Shown: positions 45,620-58,456, numbered from the stretch's first letter. The stretch: DNA of 64,000 nt from Candidatus Anstonellales archaeon (GCA_038890745.1 JAWAFD010000002.1:32001-96000), one strand, 5' to 3'. The notes: a model not told the origin generated them from the sequence alone. Numbers and translations are program-made.

Positions 45620-45757
45620 GTGGCTAGAATAAAAAAGAAAAGCATATTTGATTTTTCCAGCAAGGAAGAGGTAGAGGAAGAAATAAAAAATTTTTATGCC
45701 ATTCTCAAAAAGGATGCGAATCTCAGGAGGTTATTTAAAGTCCTTGCGGAGATGTAG
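45620..45757 (+). CDS. Putative small antitoxin of Doc (45 aa, absent from the ORF track)
   Basis: GTG..TAG ORF MARIKKKSIFDFSSKEEVEEEIKNFYAILKKDANLRRLFKVLAEM, ending 2 nt before the toxin ATG. Confidence 0.65.
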   Translation: MARIKKKSIFDFSSKEEVEEEIKNFYAILKKDANLRRLFKVLAEM

Positions 45758-45759
45758 GT

Positions 45760-46128
45760 ATGAAAGAGCTAACCGTTGATATATTAATCCACTTCAACAA
45801 AACCCTTCATAGACATGGAATCCCAAAGCCAACCGAGCAGAGGATGAAGCAACATCTGTTTCACATCCTTAATTCATGCAAAAATGATCTCTGTATCCTC
45901 TCTTGGCTTCTCGCGTACATACTCCAAGAGCATCCGTTCGTTGATGGAAACAAAAGAACAGCGGCATTTCTCTTAGAATACTATCTCCAAAGAAAAAAAC
46001 TGTTCCTTGATAATTCAACAAAGCTTCAGCTTTTGTTGAAATACACGAATCATGCATATAGACCAAGTAAAATATATCGCGAACTTTTTAACCTCCTTGG
46101 AAAATATAACCCAAACTTTACTCCTTAG
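45760..46128 (+). CDS. Fic/Doc family toxin (Doc type)
   Basis: Intact HPFVDGNKRTA motif; 122 aa. Confidence 0.9.
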   Translation: MKELTVDILIHFNKTLHRHGIPKPTEQRMKQHLFHILNSCKNDLCILSWLLAYILQEHPFVDGNKRTAAFLLEYYLQRKKLFLDNSTKLQLLLKYTNHAYRPSKIYRELFNLLGKYNPNFTP

Positions 46129-46136
46129 CCACTACT

Positions 46137-46162
46137 AATAAAAACCCTTCTGCTCTTTTTTT
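46137..46162 (+). repeat. 26-bp direct repeat, copy 2 (promoter region of the downstream gene)
   Basis: Identical to 45591-45616; ends 3 nt before ATG 46166. Confidence 0.9.
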
Positions 46163-46165
46163 GTT

Positions 46166-47161
46166 ATGAGAGCGTATATTGTTTTGTTCTTGGTTGGTTT
46201 GTTGTTGTTTGCAGGGTGCATAGACCTTGGACCAAAGCAAACCACCACGGGGGGAAACAAAACAGAACAAAAGCCACCAGTGATCATAGTAAAGGAAAAC
46301 GAGACCAAATGGGAGGAGGAGAAGCCAATCTACCCGCCCGCCGGCGAGTACACCGCAAACCCGAACGATGTTTTCAGAATGTACTTTTTTAATGTTGGGT
46401 ATGAGAAGAAGCAGGGGGAAGCCATCCTTGTACAGAAGGGAAATTTTGACATGCTCATAGACACAGGCCCGAGCGAAACAACAGACAAACTCATCAACCT
46501 TCTTTATCCAAGGGTGGATGACATAGAGGTTCTTGTGATTACAAATGGATTGAATGGGACTGTTGAGGGAGCAAAAAGAATAATGGACTATTTCAGGGTG
46601 GGAGAGGTTTGGTGGAACGGAAACGAAAATGATGAGAGGCTTGTTGAAGCAATAAACTATGCGAAAAGCAAGGGAATACAAACAAGGGTTGTGCAGAGGC
46701 CAGACAAGTTTTCTTATGCCGGCATAAACATAGAGGTTATGCAGCCGGGTGCTGAGGATAAAAATCTAGTTAGCATCCCTGATAGAGGACTTGTTCTTAG
46801 GTTTAAGGATAGGAATTCCTGTTTCATAACAACCTCAACGCTTTTGGCAGCAGGCCAGGCAAACCTTGTTGACAAATACACAAACAAACTCCAATGCGAT
46901 GTTTTCCAGGTTCCGGGCTTTTCAGAAGGATGGGGGATTACGGGCACTCTACTCACTTCCACCGGTGGACAGCTGATTACTCAGGTTTCTCCAAAATTGG
47001 GAATATTTACAGGCTCAACATACGACCCGGATAATAGCCGGGAAACATTGAGAATCTATTTAAACCTGAAGAAAGCGCAGGTTTATGAAGCGTATGCTTA
47101 CACAAACGGTTTGGTTGTTGAGTATGATGGCCAAGAGTATAATGTAAGGGGCGTGGGATGA
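46166..47161 (+). CDS. ComEC/Rec2-like metallo-beta-lactamase-fold lipoprotein lacking metal ligands
   Basis: Lipobox LFAGC; FFNVG..QGEAIL, MLIDTG. HxHxDH is replaced by TNGLNGT and HHGS by PGFS. Confidence 0.75.
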   Translation: MRAYIVLFLVGLLLFAGCIDLGPKQTTTGGNKTEQKPPVIIVKENETKWEEEKPIYPPAGEYTANPNDVFRMYFFNVGYEKKQGEAILVQKGNFDMLIDTGPSETTDKLINLLYPRVDDIEVLVITNGLNGTVEGAKRIMDYFRVGEVWWNGNENDERLVEAINYAKSKGIQTRVVQRPDKFSYAGINIEVMQPGAEDKNLVSIPDRGLVLRFKDRNSCFITTSTLLAAGQANLVDKYTNKLQCDVFQVPGFSEGWGITGTLLTSTGGQLITQVSPKLGIFTGSTYDPDNSRETLRIYLNLKKAQVYEAYAYTNGLVVEYDGQEYNVRGVG

Positions 47162-47832
47162 TGGTTGTTACACTCTCTTTGGGCGGGAGCGTGGTGAATC
47201 CGGAAAAACCTTCTCTTGAGAACATAAGGAGAATTGCCAGGATTTTTGAAGAGAGCAAAGAAAAGCTTGTCATAGTTGTTGGAGGGGGGGCGTATGCAAG
47301 GGAGTATGCAGAGATAATTAGGAAGCTTGCGGGAAATGAGTTTTATGCCGATGCGGTTGCGACGATGGAGACAAAGCAGAACGCTATGCTTCTCCTCTCA
47401 GCTTTGAAAAATGCATACCCAAAAATCCCAAGCACTTTTGAAAGCGCCGCCGCTGCTATAAAAAATTATCAGTATGTTGTGATGGGCGGAACTATTCCCG
47501 GCATTACCACGGATACTGATGCTGTTCTTTTGGCGGAGGCAACATCCTCAGCGAGGCTTGTCAACATAAGCAATGTTTCGGGGGTGTATGATAAGGACCC
47601 ATCAAAATATAAAGATGCGAAAAAATATTCAAGGATGAGCCATGATCAGCTCGTTGAGCTGGCTGTTGAAAGCGATAGGAGAAAAGCGGGCGAGCACTTT
47701 GTTTTTGATATGATTGCATGCAAGCTCGCTGCAAGGAGCAAGCTGGAACTCCATTTTGTCTCATGGAAGAATGATAGTGATGTTCTAAATGCGATAAAAG
47801 GAAAACCTCACAGTGGGACGGTTGTGAAGTAA
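47158..47832 (+). CDS. pyrH: UMP kinase
   Basis: SLGGS, VVGGG, GGTIPGITTD, NVSGVYDKDP. Confidence 0.94.
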   Translation: MMVVTLSLGGSVVNPEKPSLENIRRIARIFEESKEKLVIVVGGGAYAREYAEIIRKLAGNEFYADAVATMETKQNAMLLLSALKNAYPKIPSTFESAAAAIKNYQYVVMGGTIPGITTDTDAVLLAEATSSARLVNISNVSGVYDKDPSKYKDAKKYSRMSHDQLVELAVESDRRKAGEHFVFDMIACKLAARSKLELHFVSWKNDSDVLNAIKGKPHSGTVVK

Positions 47833-47854
47833 AAATAAAACATAAAAATAAAAA

Positions 47855-48559
47855 TTACAGAAATGCTTTTATCTCATTTTCTCCAAGAACCCTAAATTTC
47901 TTTTCTCCCTTTACCATGTACGCAATCTCCAACTCTTCCTCGGTTATTTTTGTTTCAGAAGTTTTTTTGAGCGCATCCACCCCAATCCTTATTGCATCCT
48001 CTATTTTCATTTTTTCATCATAGTGTTTCTCTAAATAAGCGTCTACTTCCTTTTTTGCGCTTCCTATCGAATCAGCATAATACCCTGTCATCGCCCCGCT
48101 TGGCTCTGCCTCAAAAAGCTCTGGCTTTTCGTTTATGCCCGCAATGAGCAAAGAAACCCCAAAAGGTCTTGTCCCCCCATATTGAGTGTAAAGCTGCATG
48201 ATATCGCAGACATACCTAGCGACGCTCTCGACCGGTGCGGGTTCGTTGTAAAGTAGACGATGCCTGTGCGCTTCGGTTCTTGCGATATCAACAAGTTTTC
48301 TTGCATCTGCTATTAAACCAGATGCAGTTACGAATATGTGATTGTCTATTTCGAATATCTTTTTTATGGATTCCGGCAGGATGAGTTTTGAATGTCTTGA
48401 TTTTGAGGCTATCAGCGCCACCCCATCCTTTGTAGTTATTCCTATACTCGTTGCACCTTTTTTTACAGCCTCTTTTGCATACTCTACCTGAAACAGCCGC
48501 CCATCAGGGCTGAAAACCGTTATTGCCCTATCGTAAGCCTGTGGGGATACACCATACAT
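47855..48559 (-). CDS. psmA: Proteasome alpha subunit
   Basis: YDRAITVFSPDGRLFQVEYA; RPFGVSLL. Confidence 0.97.
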   Translation of the reverse strand: MYGVSPQAYDRAITVFSPDGRLFQVEYAKEAVKKGATSIGITTKDGVALIASKSRHSKLILPESIKKIFEIDNHIFVTASGLIADARKLVDIARTEAHRHRLLYNEPAPVESVARYVCDIMQLYTQYGGTRPFGVSLLIAGINEKPELFEAEPSGAMTGYYADSIGSAKKEVDAYLEKHYDEKMKIEDAIRIGVDALKKTSETKITEEELEIAYMVKGEKKFRVLGENEIKAFL

Positions 48560-48630
48560 AATTTCACCCGACTAAAATTGAATGCATATATTTATAAACA
48601 TTATAAGCGAGCGCCTTATCATTACCATGT

Positions 48631-49812
48631 GTGTTTTTATTCTTTTTTACATTGAATAACATTATGGTAAACATCATACGCATGCTTAGAAAGCCAGAAC
48701 CCATCGTTCCGTATGACTGCCCAAGGGCGATCACAAGAATGCGTATTTCTGAGCAAGAGGAGAGGATTGCGGTATTTAAAAAACCCCTCCTAGACCATAG
48801 GCAAACAGATTTTTTTGGAAGAGTGGACAAAACCAGAGCAGTAAAGTTGAAGGAAGGGGATGGAAGGATTTTTGTTGTTATGAGCGGTGCTGGCCAGAGG
48901 TTTTGGGCATACCTAGGTTTTCTTCAAGCTCTTGACCAGCATAACATTCCTATAAGCGTATACATAGGGACGAGTGGAGGGGCGCTTGCATCCATGCTCG
49001 CTGCTTTAGAATATTACTATGAAGATGTAATAGAAAAGCTTGATGGCCATATGGAATACCTATTCTATGATTTTGATTTTGGAGCGCTTTTAAAAGGAAA
49101 AAACATCCACAGAGGAGAGAGAATAATAAATTATATAAGAGAGAGCCTTCCTGAAAGGACGAGATATTTTTCTTACGCCTCAAATTTCTATGCTGTTGCA
49201 AGCGCGGTAAATGTTTTTCTGCGTCATCCAAACGGAGCCTTGGAGTATAAAAAAATTGCACCGGTTGTTTTTGGAGCTGGGTTTACAGAAGACTTCCCGA
49301 TTGAAGAGGGAGTGTATGCGAGCATGTGCCTTCCAAACTTCGAGCCCGTAGTTGTTGAAGAGAATAAAAAACTGTTTGGTGTGAGCGAGGCAGGAAAAAA
49401 ATACGAGCTCATATCTGGAAATAAAGAGCTTGGGATGACCTATCTGGTAGATGGTGGATACACGAGCCATAAACCACTGGAGGTTGCCGTAAACCTCTAC
49501 GATCCAGAAAAGGATGTGATTCTCTTCCTAACTCCATCTGCCGATTTCAAACCTCTAAACATTAACCTTATAAACAGCCTTTTCACCCTCCCGCTTACCG
49601 TTGATATGGAAGGGGAGTTCAGCAGAAAAATAAAAAATTTTGCAGATGAGAACATAATGATCGTTTATCTGCAGGATTGGGTTGTGGACAAGTGTGATAT
49701 AACGAATATCAAGCCGAACGATTTCTCAAAAATAAGAATGCTGTACAATGCAGGAAAATCAGCGGCTGAGGGATGGATGTACCACTATTGGGGGATCTCC
49801 TTATTCATTTGA
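48631..49812 (+). CDS. Patatin-like phospholipase
   Basis: SGAGQR oxyanion motif, GTSGG catalytic Ser, LVDGG catalytic Asp. True start uncertain. Confidence 0.85.
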   Translation: MFLFFFTLNNIMVNIIRMLRKPEPIVPYDCPRAITRMRISEQEERIAVFKKPLLDHRQTDFFGRVDKTRAVKLKEGDGRIFVVMSGAGQRFWAYLGFLQALDQHNIPISVYIGTSGGALASMLAALEYYYEDVIEKLDGHMEYLFYDFDFGALLKGKNIHRGERIINYIRESLPERTRYFSYASNFYAVASAVNVFLRHPNGALEYKKIAPVVFGAGFTEDFPIEEGVYASMCLPNFEPVVVEENKKLFGVSEAGKKYELISGNKELGMTYLVDGGYTSHKPLEVAVNLYDPEKDVILFLTPSADFKPLNINLINSLFTLPLTVDMEGEFSRKIKNFADENIMIVYLQDWVVDKCDITNIKPNDFSKIRMLYNAGKSAAEGWMYHYWGISLFI

Positions 49813-50259
49813 TTCAACTGCTTTTATCGCAGCATCAGCCCTTACGCCTTGAATAATCATATGTTTTATCCTATCCTTTTTCTCCTCATCAAAATGAAGC
49901 TTATCTATCTGCCTAAATCTGTTTGCATACTCCCTGTATGCCTTCATTGTCGCAGAGTATGCATCCCTTAGATGAGGGTCCTGTATGTTTCTTCCGATTT
50001 CATCCTTTTCCTCCTGCATCAAGGAGCGGGAAGGGTAAAAAAGTTTTGCGTTAAAACGAGCAGCGATCTTTTCAACCATATGAGGGGCCGGTGAAACATC
50101 CGTAGCGATTATGGATGGAACGCCGGTTTTTCTTATTATCTCAACTATTTTCTCCTCTCCAACGTCCCTATCTACAAACTTAAGAACAACATTTCCTTTC
50201 AAATCAATCGCAACTATTGCAGTGTATAGACCCGGGTCTATTCCAACTATAATATGGAT
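49801..50259 (-). CDS. DUF460-like RNase H-fold protein with an apparent non-AUG start
   Basis: The frame extends upstream of TTG 50202 to ATC-CAT-ATT-ATA-GTT-GGA-ATA-GAC-CCG-GGT (xHIIVGIDPG). Also IIATDVSPAP and HLRDA. Confidence 0.75.
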   Translation of the reverse strand: MHIIVGIDPGLYTAIVAIDLKGNVVLKFVDRDVGEEKIVEIIRKTGVPSIIATDVSPAPHMVEKIAARFNAKLFYPSRSLMQEEKDEIGRNIQDPHLRDAYSATMKAYREYANRFRQIDKLHFDEEKKDRIKHMIIQGVRADAAIKAVESNE

Positions 50260-50260
50260 A

Positions 50261-53720
<3,460 letters not shown>

Positions 53721-53752
53721 GTTAGAATTTATGAATAAAAATGTTTATAAAT

Positions 53753-55960
53753 CTAGAGCTCCATGAAGTGTTCGGCAGTTGGGGGCTCAGGAGGTAGCCC
53801 TTTCCTCTCCCTTATCTGTTTCACTATTTTTGCTGTGAGCTCTTTCGGAAGCTTGAAATATCCAGCATACTCTTGATACCATATTGCCCTTCCTTGAGTT
53901 GCCCCTCTCAAAGCATTGCTGAAACCGAACATTTCTGCAACAGGCATTATGTAGTTCAATGTTGCGGTTTCCCCTTCCTGTAATATCTCTATCATTTGCC
54001 CTCTCCTTCCGTTGCATGCATTCATAACTTCAGCGGTGTATTCCTGCGGGGTTTGGACAAGAACCTTCTGTTTTGGCTCTAATAAATATGTCCCTCCCCT
54101 GATCATTGAAGCGTATATCGCTCTTTTTACAGCAGGGATTACCTGCGCAGGTCCTCTGTGAACATTATCCTCATGCAAAGTGGCATCTGTGAGAACAACC
54201 TTTACACCGAGACATTTTTCCTGCGCAAGAGGTCCTTTGTCCATCGCTTCCTCAAATGCCTGTAAGACCAATTCCTGCACTTCGTTTAAATACTGCACAC
54301 CTTTGGTTGCATCCACAAACATGTTCTTTTTGTATATATGCCATATCCCCTTTGCTTCCTCTCTATCCATTCCCAACTCAACGAGCCGGTCTATCATTTC
54401 CTGAGCCTTTCCCTTCACCCGGCCCTCTCTTATCTCCCCTCTGTCTATGGCATCTATTATCTCCTGTGAAAGAGGCTCGGCATAGATATAAAATTTGTTA
54501 TGCTTGTTCGGTGATTTTCCTTCTATCACATCCCCCTTGTTTTCTATGCTTTCTCTATAAACTACTATTGGCGGTGAGGTAACTATATCCACTCCTTTCT
54601 CTTTTGTTATTTTATATTCTATGATTTCTAAGTGAAGCTCACCCATTCCGCTTATGAGATGCTCGCCGGTCTCCTGGTTCAGCTCAACTTTAAGCGTCGG
54701 GTCCTCCTTTGCAATCCCCCTCAAAACCTCAATAAGCTTGCTCAAATCCTTGCTGTTCTTTGCCTCTATACTTTTCGTGACAACCGGCTCAGAATAGTGT
54801 TTTATTTCTTCGAATGGCTCAACGGGTTCGCTGCTTATTGTTTCTCCTACATAAACATCCTTTAAGCCAACAAGCGCACCTATGTTTCCGGCGCTGACCT
54901 TTTCTGCATTCACCCTGTCAGGACCCATATAGATGGCAACCTGCTGTACTTTCATGTAGTTTAGTTTTGATGCAAGGTAGAGTGAATCCCCCTTTTTTAT
55001 TGTTCCAGAAAACAACCTCACAACAGCAACCTCTCCTGCATGCTCATCGTGCACAACCCCAAACACAACCCCAACTGTTTTTGCATTCGGGTTGCATTCA
55101 AGCATCGCCTTCCCAACCTCGCTGTTCAAGTCCCCTTTCCACAACCTCGGAACCCTGTACCTTTGTGCACGCCTTGGGTCCGGAAGGTGTCTTATGACCA
55201 TCTCAAGGATAACCTCATCAAGTGGAGCCCTTTCTGTTAGTTCCTTGTGCTTTTGAGCAACAACAAGTTCATATATCTCCTTGAATGAAATCTTATGCCT
55301 CTGCATAGAGGCAAGGCTTATCGCCCATTTATAGAAAGCACTTCCTATTGCAACCTTTCCATTCTCAACAGAAACCAACCATTCTTTTTTGAATTCATCT
55401 GGCGCATTCTGTTCTATGATTCTGTTTACACCAGCTATTATTTTAGCTATCTTTTCCTGCATCTGCGCAGAATTCAGTTTCAACTGCGTGATCAGTCTAT
55501 CAACTTTGTTTATGAAAACAACCGGTTTTGCCCTTTCCTTTATTGCCTGCCTCAGAACAGTTTCCGTTTGGGGCATTACCCCTTCAACCGCATCTATTAC
55601 GAGAACAACACCGTCCACAGCCCTCATCGCCCTTGTAACATGGCCTCCGAAATCCACGTGGCCTGGCGTATCTATTAAGTTGATCAGATAATCCTTCCCA
55701 TCATACTTAAAACCCAAGCTTATGTTTGCTGCCTTTATCGTAATCCCTCGCGCCTGCTCCAGCTCCTCAAAGTCCATAACCCTCTGCTCCCCAGCAAGCT
55801 CCTTGGAAATCAGGCCTGCTCTCGCGACTAGGGAGTCCGTCATTGTTGTCTTTCCATGATCCACATGGGCAACGATGGCAACATTTCTTACAGTTTCCAA
55901 GGTATCCATCAATCGCTGAACATCTTCAACTACAGCTTCTTTCCTAACCACAAAAATCAC
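53753..55960 (-). CDS. fusA: Elongation factor 2
   Basis: AHVDHGKTT, RGITI, DTPGHVDF and diphthamide loop LHEDNVHRG. Confidence 0.98.
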   Translation of the reverse strand: MIFVVRKEAVVEDVQRLMDTLETVRNVAIVAHVDHGKTTMTDSLVARAGLISKELAGEQRVMDFEELEQARGITIKAANISLGFKYDGKDYLINLIDTPGHVDFGGHVTRAMRAVDGVVLVIDAVEGVMPQTETVLRQAIKERAKPVVFINKVDRLITQLKLNSAQMQEKIAKIIAGVNRIIEQNAPDEFKKEWLVSVENGKVAIGSAFYKWAISLASMQRHKISFKEIYELVVAQKHKELTERAPLDEVILEMVIRHLPDPRRAQRYRVPRLWKGDLNSEVGKAMLECNPNAKTVGVVFGVVHDEHAGEVAVVRLFSGTIKKGDSLYLASKLNYMKVQQVAIYMGPDRVNAEKVSAGNIGALVGLKDVYVGETISSEPVEPFEEIKHYSEPVVTKSIEAKNSKDLSKLIEVLRGIAKEDPTLKVELNQETGEHLISGMGELHLEIIEYKITKEKGVDIVTSPPIVVYRESIENKGDVIEGKSPNKHNKFYIYAEPLSQEIIDAIDRGEIREGRVKGKAQEMIDRLVELGMDREEAKGIWHIYKKNMFVDATKGVQYLNEVQELVLQAFEEAMDKGPLAQEKCLGVKVVLTDATLHEDNVHRGPAQVIPAVKRAIYASMIRGGTYLLEPKQKVLVQTPQEYTAEVMNACNGRRGQMIEILQEGETATLNYIMPVAEMFGFSNALRGATQGRAIWYQEYAGYFKLPKELTAKIVKQIRERKGLPPEPPTAEHFMEL

Positions 55961-56559
55961 CTTGCGCTCCTTGCGATTCTTTCTATCTCATCCCTTTTCT
56001 TCATTGCGTAGCTGTTCTGCACATCCCCTTTTGCAGTATTTATTATTTCATCAGCCAGCGTTTCCGAAAGAGACTTTTTGCTGTTGAACGCACGCATCAG
56101 TGCAGCGAGCGTAATATTTCTCAGCGCCATATCCAACCTTCTTGTTGAGGATACATCAACGCTTACTTGGTAGGTTACTCCTCCGAATGCAACCCTCGTA
56201 ACATCCTCCCTAGGCGCAGAGTTTTCAATCGCCCTTACGAGAACTTGAATTGGGTTTTCTTTTGTTCTTTCATAAACCATATCAAAAGCCTTTTCAACTG
56301 TTTTTATAATCCGTAGTTTTTTTCCCTGCAACCGCCCATGGGTCCTTATCACTTTTCCAGCAGTTTTTTCTCCCGTACCCCCTCTCATAAACTTGTTTAT
56401 CAATCTCTCAACAATGTTCATCTTAGTTTTTTGGAGGGGTTTTTTTGTAAGCCTTCCGAAAGTATGCGGAACCTTAACTTCATTAAGCATTATTACCTGC
56501 TTTAAGCTTGGGTCTTTTACTTCAATATTCTTCCATTCCCATTTGTTAAAAAGTTTCAT
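55957..56559 (-). CDS. rps7: 30S ribosomal protein uS7
   Basis: IVERLINK, AIENSAPRED, ERIARSAR. Confidence 0.96.
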   Translation of the reverse strand: MKLFNKWEWKNIEVKDPSLKQVIMLNEVKVPHTFGRLTKKPLQKTKMNIVERLINKFMRGGTGEKTAGKVIRTHGRLQGKKLRIIKTVEKAFDMVYERTKENPIQVLVRAIENSAPREDVTRVAFGGVTYQVSVDVSSTRRLDMALRNITLAALMRAFNSKKSLSETLADEIINTAKGDVQNSYAMKKRDEIERIARSAR

Positions 56560-56569
56560 CTCCTCACCT

Positions 56570-57007
56570 TTATCTCTTCGGTTTCTCCTTCTTTCCGTGC
56601 CTTAGCGCTTGGAGGTCAACCCCATTAACAGCAACTATTTTATACCTTACTCCCGGGATGGAGCCCATCTGCCCCCTCTGCGAACCACCGAGGCCCGATA
56701 TCAGGACCTCATCGTGCTCGTTTATGAAGTTTATTGCTTTATCCCTTACTGCATGGGCAGTGACAATCTTCCCGTTCTTCTTCAACTGAACCCTTACGCA
56801 TTTTATAAGCCCAGAGTGCGGCTGCTTTTGTTCTAACACAACCTTTTCTATAACTATGCCTGAAGCTAGTGGCGCACCCCGAGTGGGGTCATACTTAAGC
56901 TTCAACTTAAGCTTCTTTGCCTTCCACCTCTTGCTCAGCCACCTGTATTTTTTCCTTTTTCTCTGCAGGTTCCTTCCTGCAAACTCTCCATTTGCTCCCT
57001 TACCCAT
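56570..57007 (-). CDS. rps12: 30S ribosomal protein uS12
   Basis: KCVRVQL.KNGK, IPGVRYK, GKKEKP; position in the str cluster. Confidence 0.95.
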   Translation of the reverse strand: MGKGANGEFAGRNLQRKRKKYRWLSKRWKAKKLKLKLKYDPTRGAPLASGIVIEKVVLEQKQPHSGLIKCVRVQLKKNGKIVTAHAVRDKAINFINEHDEVLISGLGGSQRGQMGSIPGVRYKIVAVNGVDLQALRHGKKEKPKR

Positions 57008-57066
57008 TCTATCACTCCGTTTGTATGTTTAGGAAATTATTTTTCTGTTGCCAATTATTTAAAAAC

Positions 57067-57834
57067 CTATTGGATGGAAACCTGCGAATTCGGAAGAACG
57101 CCTTTTGCATCAAAAATTCTGCTGCTGTCAACTTGGCCGGAAAAAATAATTTTTATACTTCTGCCGGAGGTGTCGATTTCTCGAAGGTATGCTAGCGTGC
57201 TGTCCCATCCTGCTTCATTATGAACGATAAAATGTGCGCCTGAGGAGTCTTTTTCCATTATAAACGGATCCGGCTCAACAACAACCTGCGCGGTCTGCTC
57301 AACATTCCTTACTGTTTTTTCTGAGGAGTTTGAAAGAAAATACATGGCGCCAGCCATTCCAACTGACGCAGTAAAAACAGAGCTCATTAACTTTACCCTC
57401 CAGGGATATTCAACATAAAACCTCCAATCTATATACTCTGATTTTATGAAAAATTCAGGTTCATCTTTCTCAAACCTTCTATTTTTTATTCTGTAAGCAA
57501 TCGAAACCCCAACGCCGGCAATCCCCAACGCGCCCAATCCCATCAAACCAATCCCGAGCCAAAAAGGAATTTCCTTTCTTTTTGTTTCTTCAATCGGAAC
57601 TGTGATTAGCGTGTCCTTTGTTTGAACCTCTGGTTTTACAAACTCTACCCTGATTAGGTACTCCTCTTTCCTCTTTTTTATTCTTTTCTTATTCTCATTC
57701 TCCTGAGTTTTTACCTCCACGTTTCTTTCTTCGATCGGAACCCCCTCATACTTCCACTGGTTTGCACGTGCGTTAGTTGTAAGGAAAGCGAGCAAAAAAG
57801 TTCCGGTGAAAACGGCTGCTTTTAGTTTTTTCAT
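57067..57834 (-). CDS. Hypothetical membrane protein (paralog 1)
   Basis: Signal peptide, two TM helices, IPFWLGIGLMGLGA. Confidence 0.7.
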   Translation of the reverse strand: MKKLKAAVFTGTFLLAFLTTNARANQWKYEGVPIEERNVEVKTQENENKKRIKKRKEEYLIRVEFVKPEVQTKDTLITVPIEETKRKEIPFWLGIGLMGLGALGIAGVGVSIAYRIKNRRFEKDEPEFFIKSEYIDWRFYVEYPWRVKLMSSVFTASVGMAGAMYFLSNSSEKTVRNVEQTAQVVVEPDPFIMEKDSSGAHFIVHNEAGWDSTLAYLREIDTSGRSIKIIFSGQVDSSRIFDAKGVLPNSQVSIQ

Positions 57835-57858
57835 ACTATTATTATACGCAAAAAAATA

Positions 57859-57918
57859 TTTAAATGTTTATTTTTGTGTTTTTTATTGGGTTTCAAAAAA
57901 AGCTGCTTTTTTTGTTTT
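57859..57918. repeat. ~60-bp direct repeat, copy 1 (nusA 3' end plus downstream promoter)
   Basis: TTTAAATGTTTATTTTTGTGTTTTTTATTGGGTTTC-A7-GCTGCTTTTTTTGTTTT; differs from copy 2 by one A. Confidence 0.9.
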
Positions 57919-57938
57919 AAAGATAATGTATGGATCGT

Positions 57939-58361
57939 TCATTTGAATAAGATAAGCGTCGGATCAATAATTTTATAAATCTGATAACTTGCTAGTGCTG
58001 TACCCATAAGCCCTGTAATGAGTTGGATTCTGAGTATAAGTTCCACATCAGCCCCGCCGTCTACACCGCAACCATCCCTATCTTTTCCACGCGCTGCCCA
58101 AAGCCCCACGCTACCCCCCATTGCACCGATTCCCACTAACCCAATCGCAAGCCAAAAAGGAATGTCTCCCATGTTTTTGTCTCTCCTCCTTTCCTCTTCT
58201 TGAGGCTTTCTACCCTTAAAATATTCATCATTCAAATGCACCGTCTGCTGTTTTCTCTCTCCCATATTTTTTGTTAATGCTCGACATGTAGCTAGTAAAA
58301 AGCCCATTCCTACAAGAATCGTCTCTGCCAATACAATGGTACGACACACTTTTTCTCCCAT
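57939..58361 (-). CDS. Hypothetical membrane protein (paralog 2)
   Basis: IPFWLAIGLVGIGA, shared with 57067-57834. Confidence 0.65.
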   Translation of the reverse strand: MGEKVCRTIVLAETILVGMGFLLATCRALTKNMGERKQQTVHLNDEYFKGRKPQEEERRRDKNMGDIPFWLAIGLVGIGAMGGSVGLWAARGKDRDGCGVDGGADVELILRIQLITGLMGTALASYQIYKIIDPTLILFK

Positions 58362-58395
58362 ATTAATCCAATATTATACATTGTGTGGAAAAGTT

Positions 58396-58456
58396 TTTAA
58401 ATGTTTATTTTTGTGTTTTTTATTGGGTTTCAAAAAAAAGCTGCTTTTTTTGTTTT
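58396..58456. repeat. ~60-bp direct repeat, copy 2 (overlaps the nusA stop)
   Basis: Same sequence as 57859-57918 with A8 instead of A7. Confidence 0.9.
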
